The notes: a model not told the origin generated them from the sequence alone. Positions 48,990 to 61,567 are shown, counted from the stretch's first letter. The stretch: 64,000 nucleotides of DNA from Octopus bimaculoides (GCF_001194135.2 NC_068987.1:60382919-60446918), one strand, 5' to 3'. Numbers and translations: made by a program.

Positions 48990-49623
48990 TAAGTTCACCA
49001 TTATCAACTCACCGCAGGGAAAGTACACTGTATGAATTTTTTGACATAATTCTTCAACTTCAATTTTACTCTCGCTAATTTTTTTTTCAATAAAATAGTT
49101 TTGTTTTTTTGTTTTTTTAACTGTTAATGGTGAGTATATTTTCTCAGTGTGGAGGCGCAATGGCCCAATGGTTAGGGCAGTGGACTCGCGGTCATAGGAT
49201 CGTGGTTTTGATTCCCAGACTGGCCCTTGTGAGTGTTTATTGAGCGAAAACACCTAAAAGCTCCACAAGGCTCCGGCAGGGGATGGTGGCAAACCCTGCT
49301 GTACTCTTCCACCACAACTTTCTCTCACTCTTACTTCCTGTTTCTGTTGTGCCTGTAATTCAAAGGGTCAGCCTTGTCACACTGTGTCACGTTGAATATC
49401 CCCAAGAACTATGTTAAGGGTACACGTGTCTGTGGAGTGCTCAGCCACTTGCACGTTAATTTCACGAGCAGACTTTTCTGTTGATCGGATCAACTGGAAC
49501 CCTCGACGTCGTAAGCGACGGAGTGCCAACAACAACAACAACAATTTTCTCAGTAAACTTTCCGCACAGTGAACTTTCCTCATGTTGAACTTTCTTCACA
49601 GTGAATTGATGGCGGTGAACTTA
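48990..49623. mobile_element. MITE-like element with imperfect inverted termini of about 40 bp, containing SINE B
   Basis: Left TAAGTTCACCATTATCAACTCAC vs reverse-complement right TAAGTTCACCGCCATCAATTCAC; subterminal GTGAACTTTC repeats. Confidence 0.55.
49149..49543 (+). mobile_element. SINE head B + tail y, (AAC)n tail
   Basis: 11-bp TSD ATTTTCTCAGT at 49138-49148 and 49544-49554. Confidence 0.93.
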
Positions 49624-49947
49624 CCTGCAATCCCTACATGTGGTACCTATATACAATCATTAGAACTGAGATTTAAACATTATGTTCAGAAACAGGGAGA
49701 TGTGTTTGTAATACAAAATGAATTAAGTTCAATTAATAATTAACATCCTTTTGAGACAAAGAACTGGGAATAGCTTTAGACATTTCTCTTGCTCTTAATA
49801 TTCAATAGCAAAATGCCACCAAGAACAGTAGTTAAATCTCATGGCTCATTAATTAGTAATTTATGTATTAAATATTTTCTTTTGATATATCACTGGATCT
49901 AATTGAGTTTCTCATTAATCTTTTTGATTCCTTGATTTGGTTTACAT

Positions 49948-50400
49948 CATTGGTTCTCAACAAGGGTCTATATGGCTCCTGAGGGTCTGTATAAGTTTTT
50001 GGGTGGGTTGAAGGTGGATCCACTCAACAAAATAGTAAATTGGAGATCCACAATAGTATTTTAAGGGGCCCTGAAAAAATTCTGCTTTTGATGTATGTAT
50101 TGGTATGTATTACAGGAAACGGCTAGGCTTCTTTCTTTGACGTTTTACATAGTTCAACCTACACAAGTTAATGTGTGGAAAACAAAATAGGAATTTTGAA
50201 AGAAGTTTCTATAAAACAAGTTTTGTAGGCACGGGAGTGGCTGTGTGGTAAGTAGCTTGCTTACCAACCACATGGTTCTGGGTTCAGTCCCACTGCATGG
50301 CACCTTGGGCAAGTGTCTTCTACTATAGCCTCGGGCCAACTAAAGCCTTGTGAGTGGATTTGGAAGACAGAAACTGAAAGAAGCCCATTGTGTGTATATA

Positions 50401-50499
<99 letters not shown>

Positions 50500-50801
50500 T
50501 TGTGTGTCTGTGTTTGTCCCCCAAAATTGCTTGACAACTGATGCTGGTGTGTTTACGTCCCCATAACTTAGTGGTTCAGCAAAAGAGACCGATAGAATAA
50601 GTACTAGGCTTCCAAAGAATAAGTCCTGGGGTCGATTTGCTCGACTAAAGGTGGTGCTCCAGCATGGCCGCAGTCAAATGACTGAAACAAGTAAAAGAGT
50701 AAAAGAGTAAAGAGTAAGAGTAAACATCAAATGGCTATGGGGAATCCATCAGAATAAAGTAGTAATCAATGATATAGACAAAAAATGGTTGAGAGCCCCT
50801 A
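49948..50801. mobile_element. hAT MITE containing SINE A
   Basis: Termini CATTGGTTCTCAAC / GTTGAGAGCCCCTA; 8-bp TSD GTTTACAT (49940-49947) vs GGTTACAT (50802-50809). Confidence 0.7.
50227..50722 (+). mobile_element. SINE A, full length, internal (TG)n
   Basis: Complete copy. Confidence 0.92.
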
Positions 50802-51059
50802 GGTTACATTAAATTGAGATTTCTTTTCATCATCATCATTTAACATCTGCCTTTCATGTTGGCATGGGTTGGACAGTTTAACAGGATTCGATGAATGAAA
50901 GGGCTGAGTCATGTTCCAATGTCTGTTTTCAGTAAGGTGAGAACTAGCGTTGAGCACAGAGACATGTTTAGTAGGCAAGTCTCCTTATTCATCACAGTTG
51001 TCTAAGCCATAATAGAGGATTTAAGACTGGTTTTCTGTGGGAATGGCTCTATGTTGGCA

Positions 51060-51270
51060 ACCTCAAAGTGCATCAAGTCCACAAATCTATCATATTTTGG
51101 ACATTCAGTGCACCACAAGTCATTGTCCAAGATTTCCTGACAGGAAGTGTGGTGGCTAAGAGAGCAGGAGCTGTCAAAAATGTTTCTGGAATGACGTCAA
51201 AGAATGAACAGGAAATGAGAGCCTGGCTGATTGTATTCTTGCAACATATCACTGAGGGAATTGAAAAGTC
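51060..51270 (+). pseudogene. Possible C-terminal relic of a second RTE-like LINE family
   Basis: Frameshifted SYFGH..., GSVV.KR, W..VKE-like motifs. Confidence 0.35.
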
Positions 51271-51524
51271 TTGGAAAACTGAGCTTTGGACACTGGTGGC
51301 GGTGGTGGTGGTGGTGGTGGTGGGGTGGGGTCATCTGATTGATAATGTGTGTGTGTGTGTGTGCACGCACACGTGCGTGCATGCATGTGTGTGCATGTGC
51401 ATGTGCATGTACGTGTGCTTGTGTGTGTGGCTCTGTGAGTTTGTAAATTTCTGAGAAGTATTATTGGGCAGAGGTGTTATGGTATGATGTTTAGAGATGC
51501 AGAGAGGATTGCAGTTGAAATAAA

Positions 51525-51561
51525 AGGAAGGAAGGAAGGAAGGAAGGAAGGAAGGAAGGAA

Positions 51562-51610
<49 letters not shown>

Positions 51611-51868
51611 GAAAAAAGAAAGAAATAAAGAAAGAAAGAAAGAAATTATCAGTAAACAGATGTATATGCAAGCAAATAGTCATAGCAAGTTGGTGAGTGA
51701 CTCATTGCCAATCAGCTGACTGATCTTCTTTTGGATGTAGTCTATTATGTTTTTATACATAATGGCAACACCAGCCCAGATAAATAAATCTAACTGTCTA
51801 TCTAGGTAGCTATCTGTTTGTTTGTTTGTTTGTCTGTCTGTCTGCCTCACACACACTATCTCTCTCTC

Positions 51869-51942
<74 letters not shown>

Positions 51943-52173
51943 CATACACACAAATATATAGGTATCTAGGTACGTAGGTAGATAGGTAAATAGGTAGGTA
52001 TATTGGTATCTATCTATCTATCTTCCAACCTACCTACGTACCTACCTACGTACCTACCTGCCTACATACCTACCTACCTACTTACCTACCTACCTACCTA
52101 CCTACCTGCCTACCTACCGACCGACCGACCTACCTAGGTAGATAGGCAAATAGGTAGGTTGGTAGATAGATAA

Positions 52174-52247
<74 letters not shown>
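51525..52247. repeat. (GGAA)n/(GAAA)n, (TA)n/(TG)n and (TAGG)n/(TAGA)n microsatellites
   Basis: Read directly. Confidence 0.9.
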
Positions 52248-52650
52248 GCTGGCTTCTTTATAGTATCCACCTACCAATTTCCAGTTCTTTCTATTTTAGC
52301 TCCATCTTGAAGCTAAGATAGAAAACAAAGTGGTACTGTATACATCTTGGGTATACATGTGAACACATGCATACATGTGTACATACATACATGTAAGCAT
52401 TTTATCGTGGGCACTTATACATATATGGATTCATATATGAATTACTTCTGGTCATATATTTACAATTCATTACCATAAACTGGGATAGAAAAATGTAGTA
52501 AAATACAATTGACAAAGTAACAAATTTCTTCTTTTGGTCTTGTAAGAGCCTAGATATGCACCTGATGCAAGCTTCATAATAAACCAAATTTATTTACTTG
52601 CTGAAGATACAACACAATACTTTTGCACAACTCAGACTCATGGCCATTAA

Positions 52651-52871
52651 CCCTTTCGTTACTGTATTTATTTTGAGATGCTGTGTGTTTCTTTTAATTA
52701 TTTTAAATATAACAAAGAATTTAGTAAAATATATTAGTTATCATTAAGCTAATGTTAGGAACCTAAATTTTGACTAAAGTTTGATGGAAGATTTTAAATC
52801 AAAACTTATGAAAACTAGACATTTGTACTTCAGAGCCAGAGCTGGTTTCAGCTGGGTTGGTAACAAAAGGG
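52651..52871. mobile_element. piggyBac-type MITE
   Basis: TTAA TSD at 52647-52650 and 52872-52875; TIR CCCTTTCGTTAC / GTAACAAAAGGG (11 of 12). Confidence 0.88.
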
Positions 52872-53629
52872 TTAAACTAAATATTTATATCAGATTTTTA
52901 CCTGGGTTTGTAATTGTTTTGTATTTGATGATAGTTGTGTTGATGATGATGTTCATTATCATCATCATAATCCTGATCATGATGATCATATATATATATG
53001 ATCATCATCGTTTAACGTCCGCCTTCTATGCCAGCATGGACAATATATATATATATATATATATANNNNNNNNNNNNNNNNNNNNNNNNNNNNNNNNNNN
53101 NNNNNNNNNNNNNNNNNNNNNNNNNNNNNNNNNNNNNNNNNNNNNNNNNNNNNNNNNNNNNNNNNNNNNNNNNNNNNNNNNNNNNNNNNNNNNNNNNNNN
53201 NNNNNNNNNNNNNNNNNNNNNNNNNNNNNNNNNNNNNNNNNNNNNNNNNNNNNNNNNNNNNNNNNNNNNNNNNNNNNNNNNNNNNNNNNNNNNNNNNNNN
53301 NNNNNNNNNNNNNNNNNNNNNNNNNNNNNNNNNNNNNNNNNNNNNNNNNNNNNNNNNNNNNNNNNNNNNNNNNNNNNNNNNNNNNNNNNNNNNNNNNNNN
53401 NNNNNNNNNNNNNNNNNNNNNNNNNNNNNNNNNNNNNNNNNNNNNNNNNNNNNNNNNNNNNNNNNNNNNNNNNNNNNNNNNNNNNNNNNNNNNNNNNNNN
53501 NNNNNNNNNNNNNNNNNNNNNNNNNNNNNNNNNNNNNNNNNNNNNNNNNNNNNNNNNNNNNNNNNNNNNNNNNNNNNNNNNNNNNNNNNNNNNNNNNNNN
53601 NNNNNNNNNNNNNNNATATATATATATAT

Positions 53630-53760
53630 TGGCATTAGGAAGGGCATCCAGCTGTAGAAACTCTGCCAAATTTAGATTGGAGCCTGGTGTTGCCATCCAG
53701 TTTCACCAGTCCTCAGTCAAGTCGTCCAACCCATGCTAGCATGGAAAGCGGACGTTAAAC

Positions 53761-53799
<39 letters not shown>
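53630..53799 (+). mobile_element. RTE young subfamily 3' end, copy 3
   Basis: Near-identical to 25516-25672; (TA)n on both flanks. Confidence 0.9.
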
Positions 53800-53831
<32 letters not shown>

Positions 53832-53834
53832 ATT

Positions 53835-54060
53835 TCCAGTTTTGGCACAGAGCCAGCAATTTCAGGGGTTGGATAAGTTGATGACATCAACTTCAGTGCT
53901 CACTTGGTAGATATTTATTTTATTGACTCCAAAAGAATGAAAGGTAAAGTCAGCCCCAGCACTCAGCAGCATTTGAACTCAAAAAGATAAAGTTGAATGA
54001 AAAGCCAGAAATGCCACTACGCATCTCACCTGGCATGCTAACGATTCTACCAGCTCACCT
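53835..54060 (-). mobile_element. SINE E (tail E1), degenerate
   Basis: GGCACAGAGCCAGCAATTTC...GAATGAAAGGTAAAGTC...GCTAACGATTCTACCAGCTCACC. Confidence 0.7.
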
Positions 54061-54069
54061 TATACATAC

Positions 54070-54735
54070 AGGCGTAGGCGAGGCTGTGTGGTAAGAAGCT
54101 TGCTTCCCAACCACATGGTTCCAGGTTCAGTCCCCCTGCATGGCACATTGGGCAAGTGTCTTCTACTATCGCCCCACAGACTAAAACCTTGTGAGTAGAT
54201 TTGGTAGATGGAAACTGAAAGAAGCCCATTATATATGTGTATGTGTGTGTGTATGATTGTGTGTATACATTGGGAGTGGGTGTGTGCACATGTGCATACA
54301 TGGGTGGGTGGGTGTGTGTGTGTGTGTGTGTGTGTGTATGAGTGAGTGTGTGTATATATGGATGTGTGCGCATATGCATATATGGGTGTGTGTATGTTCG
54401 CATCTTCTTGTCTTCACATTGTGTGATGTTTGCACATGAAAAAAGTGGTGAGCTGGCAAAACGTTAGCACCCTGGGTGAAATGCTTAGCGGTATTTCGTC
54501 TGTCTTTACGTTCTGTGTTCAAATTCCACCAAGGTCGACTTTGCCTTTCATCCTTTCGGCGTCGATAAATTAAGAACCAGTTGCGTACTGGAGTCAATCT
54601 AATTGACTGACCCCCTCCCCCAAAATTTCGGGCCTTGTGCCTAGAGTAGAAAAGAATATTTGCAGATGGGAGTCACCATCATAGACATGGTGTCCCTTGT
54701 TTCCAATCATCTGCAAAAGCCTGTCCGGACATAAG
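54070..54735 (+). mobile_element. SINE head A + microsatellite + tail F, interrupted by SINE E
   Basis: Full A head, (TG)n, CATCTTCTTGTCTTCAC..., resuming GGAGTCACC...GGTGTCCCTTGTTTCCAATC. Confidence 0.7.
54445..54657 (+). mobile_element. SINE E (tail E1), nested
   Basis: Head and central domain as at 47178; likely TSD TTTGCACATG (54429) / TTTGCAGATG (54659). Confidence 0.85.
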
Positions 54736-54745
54736 GGATTGGTGG

Positions 54746-54784
<39 letters not shown>

Positions 54785-54785
54785 C

Positions 54786-54828
<43 letters not shown>

Positions 54829-55097
54829 GTGGTGGTAGTGGTGGTGGTAGTGGTGGTGGTGGTGATGATGATGACAATATTTCCAATTTCTTTCCATAGT
54901 AGTTCTAGTTGTTCAAAAGTGTTTTTAATTTCTCTGTTGCCTTTGATCTATTCCATTCTCCACATGAAATGGCTGATTAGATTTGATTATTTGCTAAATT
55001 AGACCTTTTCTTCTAATTTCAAATTTTCCTTTAGACTTTTCATCCTGTCTCTGTAGAACATGCTACACTTTATTCTACATAAATTTAGATGTCAGTG

Positions 55098-55149
<52 letters not shown>

Positions 55150-55611
55150 TTGATCAAAGTATATATTATTACAGATCCATTTCAGCTGGTCTTACCAATT
55201 GGTTTCTCATCCGCTTTTAGAAAACTAGATATTAGATAACAAGATGGGTATCTAAACCCATTTGCTCTTCAAAGGTGACAGATATGGAAAAAAAAATATT
55301 GTAACTATATAAAGTCCATATTATTTCCATGCCTGCCATTTCTGAAAAACATACGTGTTTAGATAATCGTGTTTTTTAGCTAATATCCAGTATCTGTTAT
55401 CCAGTTATGTAATAGCTGATGCAAAACTGATTAGCACGATCGACTGAAATGGGTTTATAATACTGCATACTTTGATTATTATATCCACTCTGTTGACAAA
55501 TACATGAATGCTGCCTATTTTCTCTGACTAATAGCTACTTGGACAATACGCACACACACATATACATATCTATATCTATATATCTATACACACACACATA
55601 TATATATATAA

Positions 55612-55643
<32 letters not shown>

Positions 55644-56416
55644 NNNNNNNNNNNNNNNNNNNNNNNNNNNNNNNNNNNNNNNNNNNNNNNNNNNNNNNNN
55701 NNNNNNNNNNNNNNNNNNNNNNNNNNNNNNNNNNNNNNNNNNNNNNNNNNNNNNNNNNNNNNNNNNNNNNNNNNNNNNNNNNNNNNNNNNNNNNNNNNNN
55801 NNNNNNNNNNNNNNNNNNNNNNNNNNNNNNNNNNNNNNNNNNNNNNNNNNNNNNNNNNNNNNNNNNNNNNNNNNNNNNNNNNNNNNNNNNNNNNNNNNNN
55901 NNNNNNNNNNNNNNNNNNNNNNNNNNNNNNNNNNNNNNNNNNNNNNNNNNNNNNNNNNNNNNNNNNNNNNNNNNNNNNNNNNNNNNNNNNNNNNNNNNNN
56001 NNNNNNNNNNNNNNNNNNNNNNNNNNNNNNNNNNNNNNNNNNNNNNNNNNNNNNNNNNNNNNNNNNNNNNNNNNNNNNNNNNNNNNNNNNNNNNNNNNNN
56101 NNNNNNNNNNNNNNNNNNNNNNNNNNNNNNNNNNNNNNNNNNNNNNNNNNNNNNNNNNNNNNNNNNNNNNNNNNNNNNNNNNNNNNNNNNNNNNNNNNNN
56201 NNNNNNNNNNNNNNNNNNNNNNNNNNNNNNNNNNNNNNNNNNNNNNNNNNNNNNNNNNNNNNNNNNNNNNNNNNNNNNNNNNNNNNNNNNNNNNNNNNNN
56301 NNNNNNNNNNNNNNNNNNNNNNNNNNNNNNNNNNNNNNNNNNNNNNNNNNNNNNNNNNNNNNNNNNNNNNNNNNNNNNNNNNNNNNNNNNNNNNNNNNNN
56401 NNNNNNNNNNNNNNNN

Positions 56417-56506
<90 letters not shown>

Positions 56507-56623
56507 GTATATATATATATACACACACACATATATCTATATATATACACATATACACATATTGTCAATACCTAACTCTCAGAGATAAACACCAAAGACT
56601 TTTTCAGAATTTTATTCTGTTAG

Positions 56624-56691
56624 ACCGGTCATCCAGTTCAGAGATGAGTTCCATCTCAGAATCAAGTGATAAATCTTCTTCTCTTGGATAA
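56624..56691 (+). CDS. Candidate terminal coding exon (Ser-rich)
   Basis: Acceptor TTTTATTCTGTTAG; phase-1 reading RSSSSEMSSISESSDKSSSLG*; followed by AT-rich sequence. Confidence 0.2.
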
Positions 56692-57207
56692 TGCAAGAGA
56701 AACCAACGTTAAGTACTGATCAAATGGATTGTTCAGCTTTCTGAACGGAATACAATGTTTGGGTATCAAACCCAAAATATATAAAAATATATATATAAAA
56801 GAAAAAAAAAAAAAAGAAACGATGCTTATATTTAAATGACAATGTATACTGTATTTATAAATAGTACAGGAAATGAGAAAAAAGCTAAAAAAAGTGTGTA
56901 AGAGCATCGGTGTATGTACATCCTAAGGGTGGAACGAGAAACAGCTTAATATAAATCTAAGTAGTTGCATTAACAAAGTAGATAATATGGTGGTCTTTGA
57001 ATCCAGTTTTCTTGGGTTTTCTTTTTTTTTTGTTTTTTTTTTTTTAGTTTTCATATCTTGCCGCTGGCACTGTGTTAAAATAGATAGAAAATAAAGACAA
57101 GAAGAAGAAATGGTAAGATCGCAAATCTTCTGCTACAAGACTAAATGTGTAAATCACAACTTAATTACCTTTACTTCATACCTAAGTTCAACCGTTCCCA
57201 TTCAAAG

Positions 57208-57247
<40 letters not shown>

Positions 57248-57884
57248 TGTCGTTGTTGTCATCGTCGTCGTCGTCATCATCATCATCATCATCATTGTCA
57301 TTATCATCATCGTCATCATCATCGTCGTCATCATCATCATCATTGTTGTTGTTACTGTCGTAATGTTTTTTTTTAATTCTTTTATTTTTTGCTTATCTCT
57401 CATCTCACACAAACAATACGTGATACCGCCGAAGAAGTGCCGGCATGTCGTGCCATTCAAAAACATTTCTTAACCTACTACTGTGCTGGTCATTAGTACA
57501 TTCACTTTCTTATGAGATCTTAATTGAATGAAATCAAACATGACACTTGATTGTATAGAAGTTCACAGAGTATCAGGCCAAATCAATCATTGCTAATACA
57601 ATAAAGAGAATACTTTATTTTAGTGCTAATTCATCAATTTTTAAAATTATTCCTTTGCTTCTGGCACGACATCATTCTTACATCGCTTTCTTTCATGTTT
57701 CGCTATTACTTATTACTGCTTTTTCAAAAACCCTATTGTTTTATATCATGTCACCAATGCTGTATTGTGTCTATGGCCAATGTGATTAAATGCCAATGAT
57801 GGGCACGTCCCTTCTTGCTATTTGACCAAAGACTATAAAGCAAAGATAAGTGCAAGCCCTGTGGGTCAGAGTGGTTGTTCCAGT

Positions 57885-58025
57885 CAGCTCTAAGAGACCA
57901 ATAGAATAAGTACTAGACTTACAAAGAATAAGTGCTGGAGCCAATTTGTTCAACTAAAGGCAATGCTCCAGCATGGCCGCAGTCAAATGACTGAAACAGG
58001 TAAAAGAATAAAGAATAAAAGAATA
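57885..58025 (+). mobile_element. SINE A 3' part; an inverted tip of the same tail lies at 58075-58115
   Basis: AGAGACCAATAGAATAAGTACTAG...CAGCATGGCCGCAGTCAAATGACTGAAAC. Confidence 0.8.
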
Positions 58026-58147
58026 TATACACACACATGTATACACTCATTACATATATTCATTACATATATATCTTTTATCTTTTACTTGTTTCAGTCA
58101 TTAGACAGCAGCCATATATATTACGTATATGTGTATACACACGCACG

Positions 58148-58178
<31 letters not shown>

Positions 58179-58207
58179 ATGTATATGTATATATAATAAT
58201 AATAATG

Positions 58208-58255
<48 letters not shown>

Positions 58256-58844
58256 TGCTCAAGTAAACAGAAGTAAAAACAGACAAAATAACTAAGTACT
58301 TCAGAAGAAATTTAAGTCTCATCCTATATACACTATAGCTTGTTGATTAACAGCCAAGAGCATTAACATTCCACTTGTTTGAATCTCGTTTATAATCCTG
58401 CAAGTTAACACTCCATTACCTCTATGTCCTTAAGCATGACTTAGGTTGTGCTGAGAGAATCTTGGAGACAATCAATCCAGCATGGGAAATAGGAAATATG
58501 CTAAAAGTTCTATACTGAAAAGTATCATAACCATGGATTCAGCTCATTAGCTTCATAATCGTAAACAAAGGAACTTAATTAAGTTCAGGCATGCATATTT
58601 CAAAAGTTTGGTTAAGCATGTATTACAAATGGAATGTATTTTAGTTTTGCTCACATTTTATAGTTAAGGTATATCTCTGCTGGAGGATAATGTGTCAGCT
58701 AAATGTGTTTGAGATTTATTAACAGGACAACTTGAATTTAATACTGCAAGTTACCAAAAATATTTCATCATCATCATTATCATCATCGTTCTAATGATTG
58801 TTGTCTTCGCCGTCATGGTTATTGTCATTATCATTGTTGCTTTT

Positions 58845-59050
58845 GCATCCACTTTTCCATACTTCAGATAGAAGTTTTTGAAGCAGATTTTCTATGATTG
58901 GATGCTCTACCTGTTACTGGCACTCATCTGGTTCCAAGTAAAGGGATATTCTCCCATGATTGGACATTTTTAAACAGAAGTTTGTAAATGAAGGACTCTG
59001 CTTTTATCACAGTGACAGTCACAACTGTCACATGATGTCAAGACAAGTAG
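58845..59050 (-). mobile_element. SINE tail F fragment
   Basis: CATCCACTTTTCCATAC...CAGATTTTCTATG...GTTCCAAGTAAAG...GATGTCAAGACAAG. Confidence 0.6.
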
Positions 59051-59077
59051 ACATAAAGACACACAAATACCCATATA

Positions 59078-59209
<132 letters not shown>

Positions 59210-59210
59210 T

Positions 59211-59269
<59 letters not shown>

Positions 59270-61004
59270 TTATCAAACACAATTACTCAAAGCATGTGCC
59301 CTACTTGTTTGCCAATAGGCTGCGATTTGATGCAGTGGAGATGATTCTCTCAAAATGCCAGCTATTAAAACACATGAAACTCATAGACAAGAGAGACAAC
59401 CCACCCCAAATCCCATTGATGTTTAGCCCATTCATGTGGTCTTTCAACATCATGTATCTGAACCGAATTGGAGGTGAACCAAATAGCCTGTCCATAACTA
59501 TATGCAAGATAATGTAAAAACCATCTCCTTATTGTAGTCTATGTCTTTCAGCCCAACAATGTAACAACAAAGAACATGTGTCAATTTTGTTGTGGTATAT
59601 GTCTTATAGTCTACACAGAGCACAGTTTAACATACCACAGACACTTGAAAGAGATGTCCAGCAGTTAAACAAAAGAATATTTTCTACTCTATATCAGTTC
59701 TTATTTAGTGTTACTACTCAAATAGATGAGCAGCTTGCAATGCAGCTTACTGAGACTAGGTCTCATTCATATTTTCAAATATTTTGTTAGTTTCTCAGAG
59801 GTTAATAATAATTCTTTCATCCATGACCTCCTGGTACATTTTAGCCATCACATGAAGCCTCTGACTAGTTTCAGCCCTCCAAATTAATAGCAAGGTTGAC
59901 TGTGATAAATGGAGACCTTGGGCTTACTTGGATCAAGTTCACTATTACTCTTGAGCAGTGTCTTGTTACCATTTCTAAGCTTATAGGAGGACTTGACCAC
60001 AACATAAGAGATAACAAAATGTGTTAGTTTATAATGTTCTTCATAGTTACATCATTGAGCTGTAGGGGCATGAGGATATGTATTTATTTATTATAACACA
60101 AAAGAATTACTGAAGAACATGTCTGAAAGCACATATACATGCACTCACTCACTCACTCATACATACACATGGACATAAAATAACACAGTTACAGATACAA
60201 GAAAATTGCAACAAAGCTGCATGATAGTGGTGTCAGACATGGCGTACAGACTACTGTATAATTTGTTTTGATCTTCTCATACATTTTATTTTGACATGCA
60301 CATTGCATTTTTATTCTTCTCTTCCATTTTACGAATTCAGTGTGCACATGCAGCACATTGTATGTTCATACTTCTCTTCCTGATTCCTACACAAAACTGT
60401 TTACAAATCACAACCATCTTACGAATCCGTATTCGTGAGGAGTGCTTTGCACACTGATGGTTGTATAAAAATACAGGCAGAACCACATGCACACACACAC
60501 ACACACACACACACTCATTTATACACATAGGATGACAGTGACACATGCTAACTAACAAACAGAACCACATGTGCATGCACACACACATACATGCAAATGC
60601 TCATACACATACAATAAGCAGTGTTGAGTTAGTAAAATTGCTGAAAGAAGATGAGTTTGTGTGCCATGAGGAGTGATAACTCATAATATATTCAATCAGC
60701 CGCCTCAAAAATAGCAGACAAATTTGATCTGATAGAAATATAATGTATCCTACAAGAAATTGTGGCTCAAATCTTACCATGCCATCCTAAAACACAACGG
60801 AGACATCAGACATTGTAGTTTGCGATATACAAAAAGATAGGATGGTCATAACTGGAACATTTTTGATCATAGGTCTACTGGATCAAGGCTCACCTGGGGC
60901 TAAACAACAGTAATTACATCAGTAACTTCCTTAGATTCCAGTCTTGCTAATTTTTTGTGGGGTGAGGTTGTCTTTTGTTTTTCTGGAGATTTTTTTTTTT
61001 TTGT

Positions 61005-61078
61005 CTAAAACCAAGGTGCCACATAAAAAGCACTCAATACAATCTGTAAAGTGGTTGGCATTAGGAAGGGCATCCAGC
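61005..61078 (+). mobile_element. RTE 3'UTR piece
   Basis: GGTGCCACATAAAAAGCAC...GGTTGGCATTAGGAAGGGCATCCAGC. Confidence 0.75.
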
Positions 61079-61081
61079 ATC

Positions 61082-61567
61082 TCCCTAATTAGTTGGGCTA
61101 TGATCCTCTCTGTACTTTCAATAATTTGATACCTCTGTAATTATTTCTGTCTAAAGCACCATCTTTACTATTGTAGCAGTTGAGTATGGTGCTGCTACAC
61201 CAGTCATTGGGTATGACTCCTTCATGAACTACCTGATTTATGATGCGGGTGACAAGACCATAACCCACACAATCCAATATTTTAAGCATCTCAGCAGTGA
61301 TTCCTGAGGGGCCAGGTGCTTTTCCTGTCTTCATATCCTTAATTGCTTTATCTACCAGGGTACTGTCGATTCAGGTAGCTGGTCCCTCAATTGGATCAAC
61401 TTTTGGCAGACTCTCCACCTCCTATTCATTCTCCACATTCAGCATTCTTTCATAATGGCATCTCCAAGTCTCTTTCTTTACACAATCATTAAATGCAAGG
61501 GCACCTTCATCCATGCGGACACATTTCTCTCCTATGACGTCACGGTTTTCTCTCACATGCTGTCTTG
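61082..61567 (-). pseudogene. RTE ORF2 fragment (linker plus RT N-terminus)
   Basis: CVRENRDVIGEKCVRMDEG...DKAIKDMKTGKAPGPSGITAEMLK...IPNDWCSS...DRNNYRGIKLL. Confidence 0.88.

Noticed and set aside
5239-56568. Long ORFs (up to 407 aa) containing X runs
   Set aside because: They are open only because they cross N-gaps.
57410-57480. CpG-rich segment with short readings on both strands
   Set aside because: No usable acceptor/donor pair and no recognisable product.
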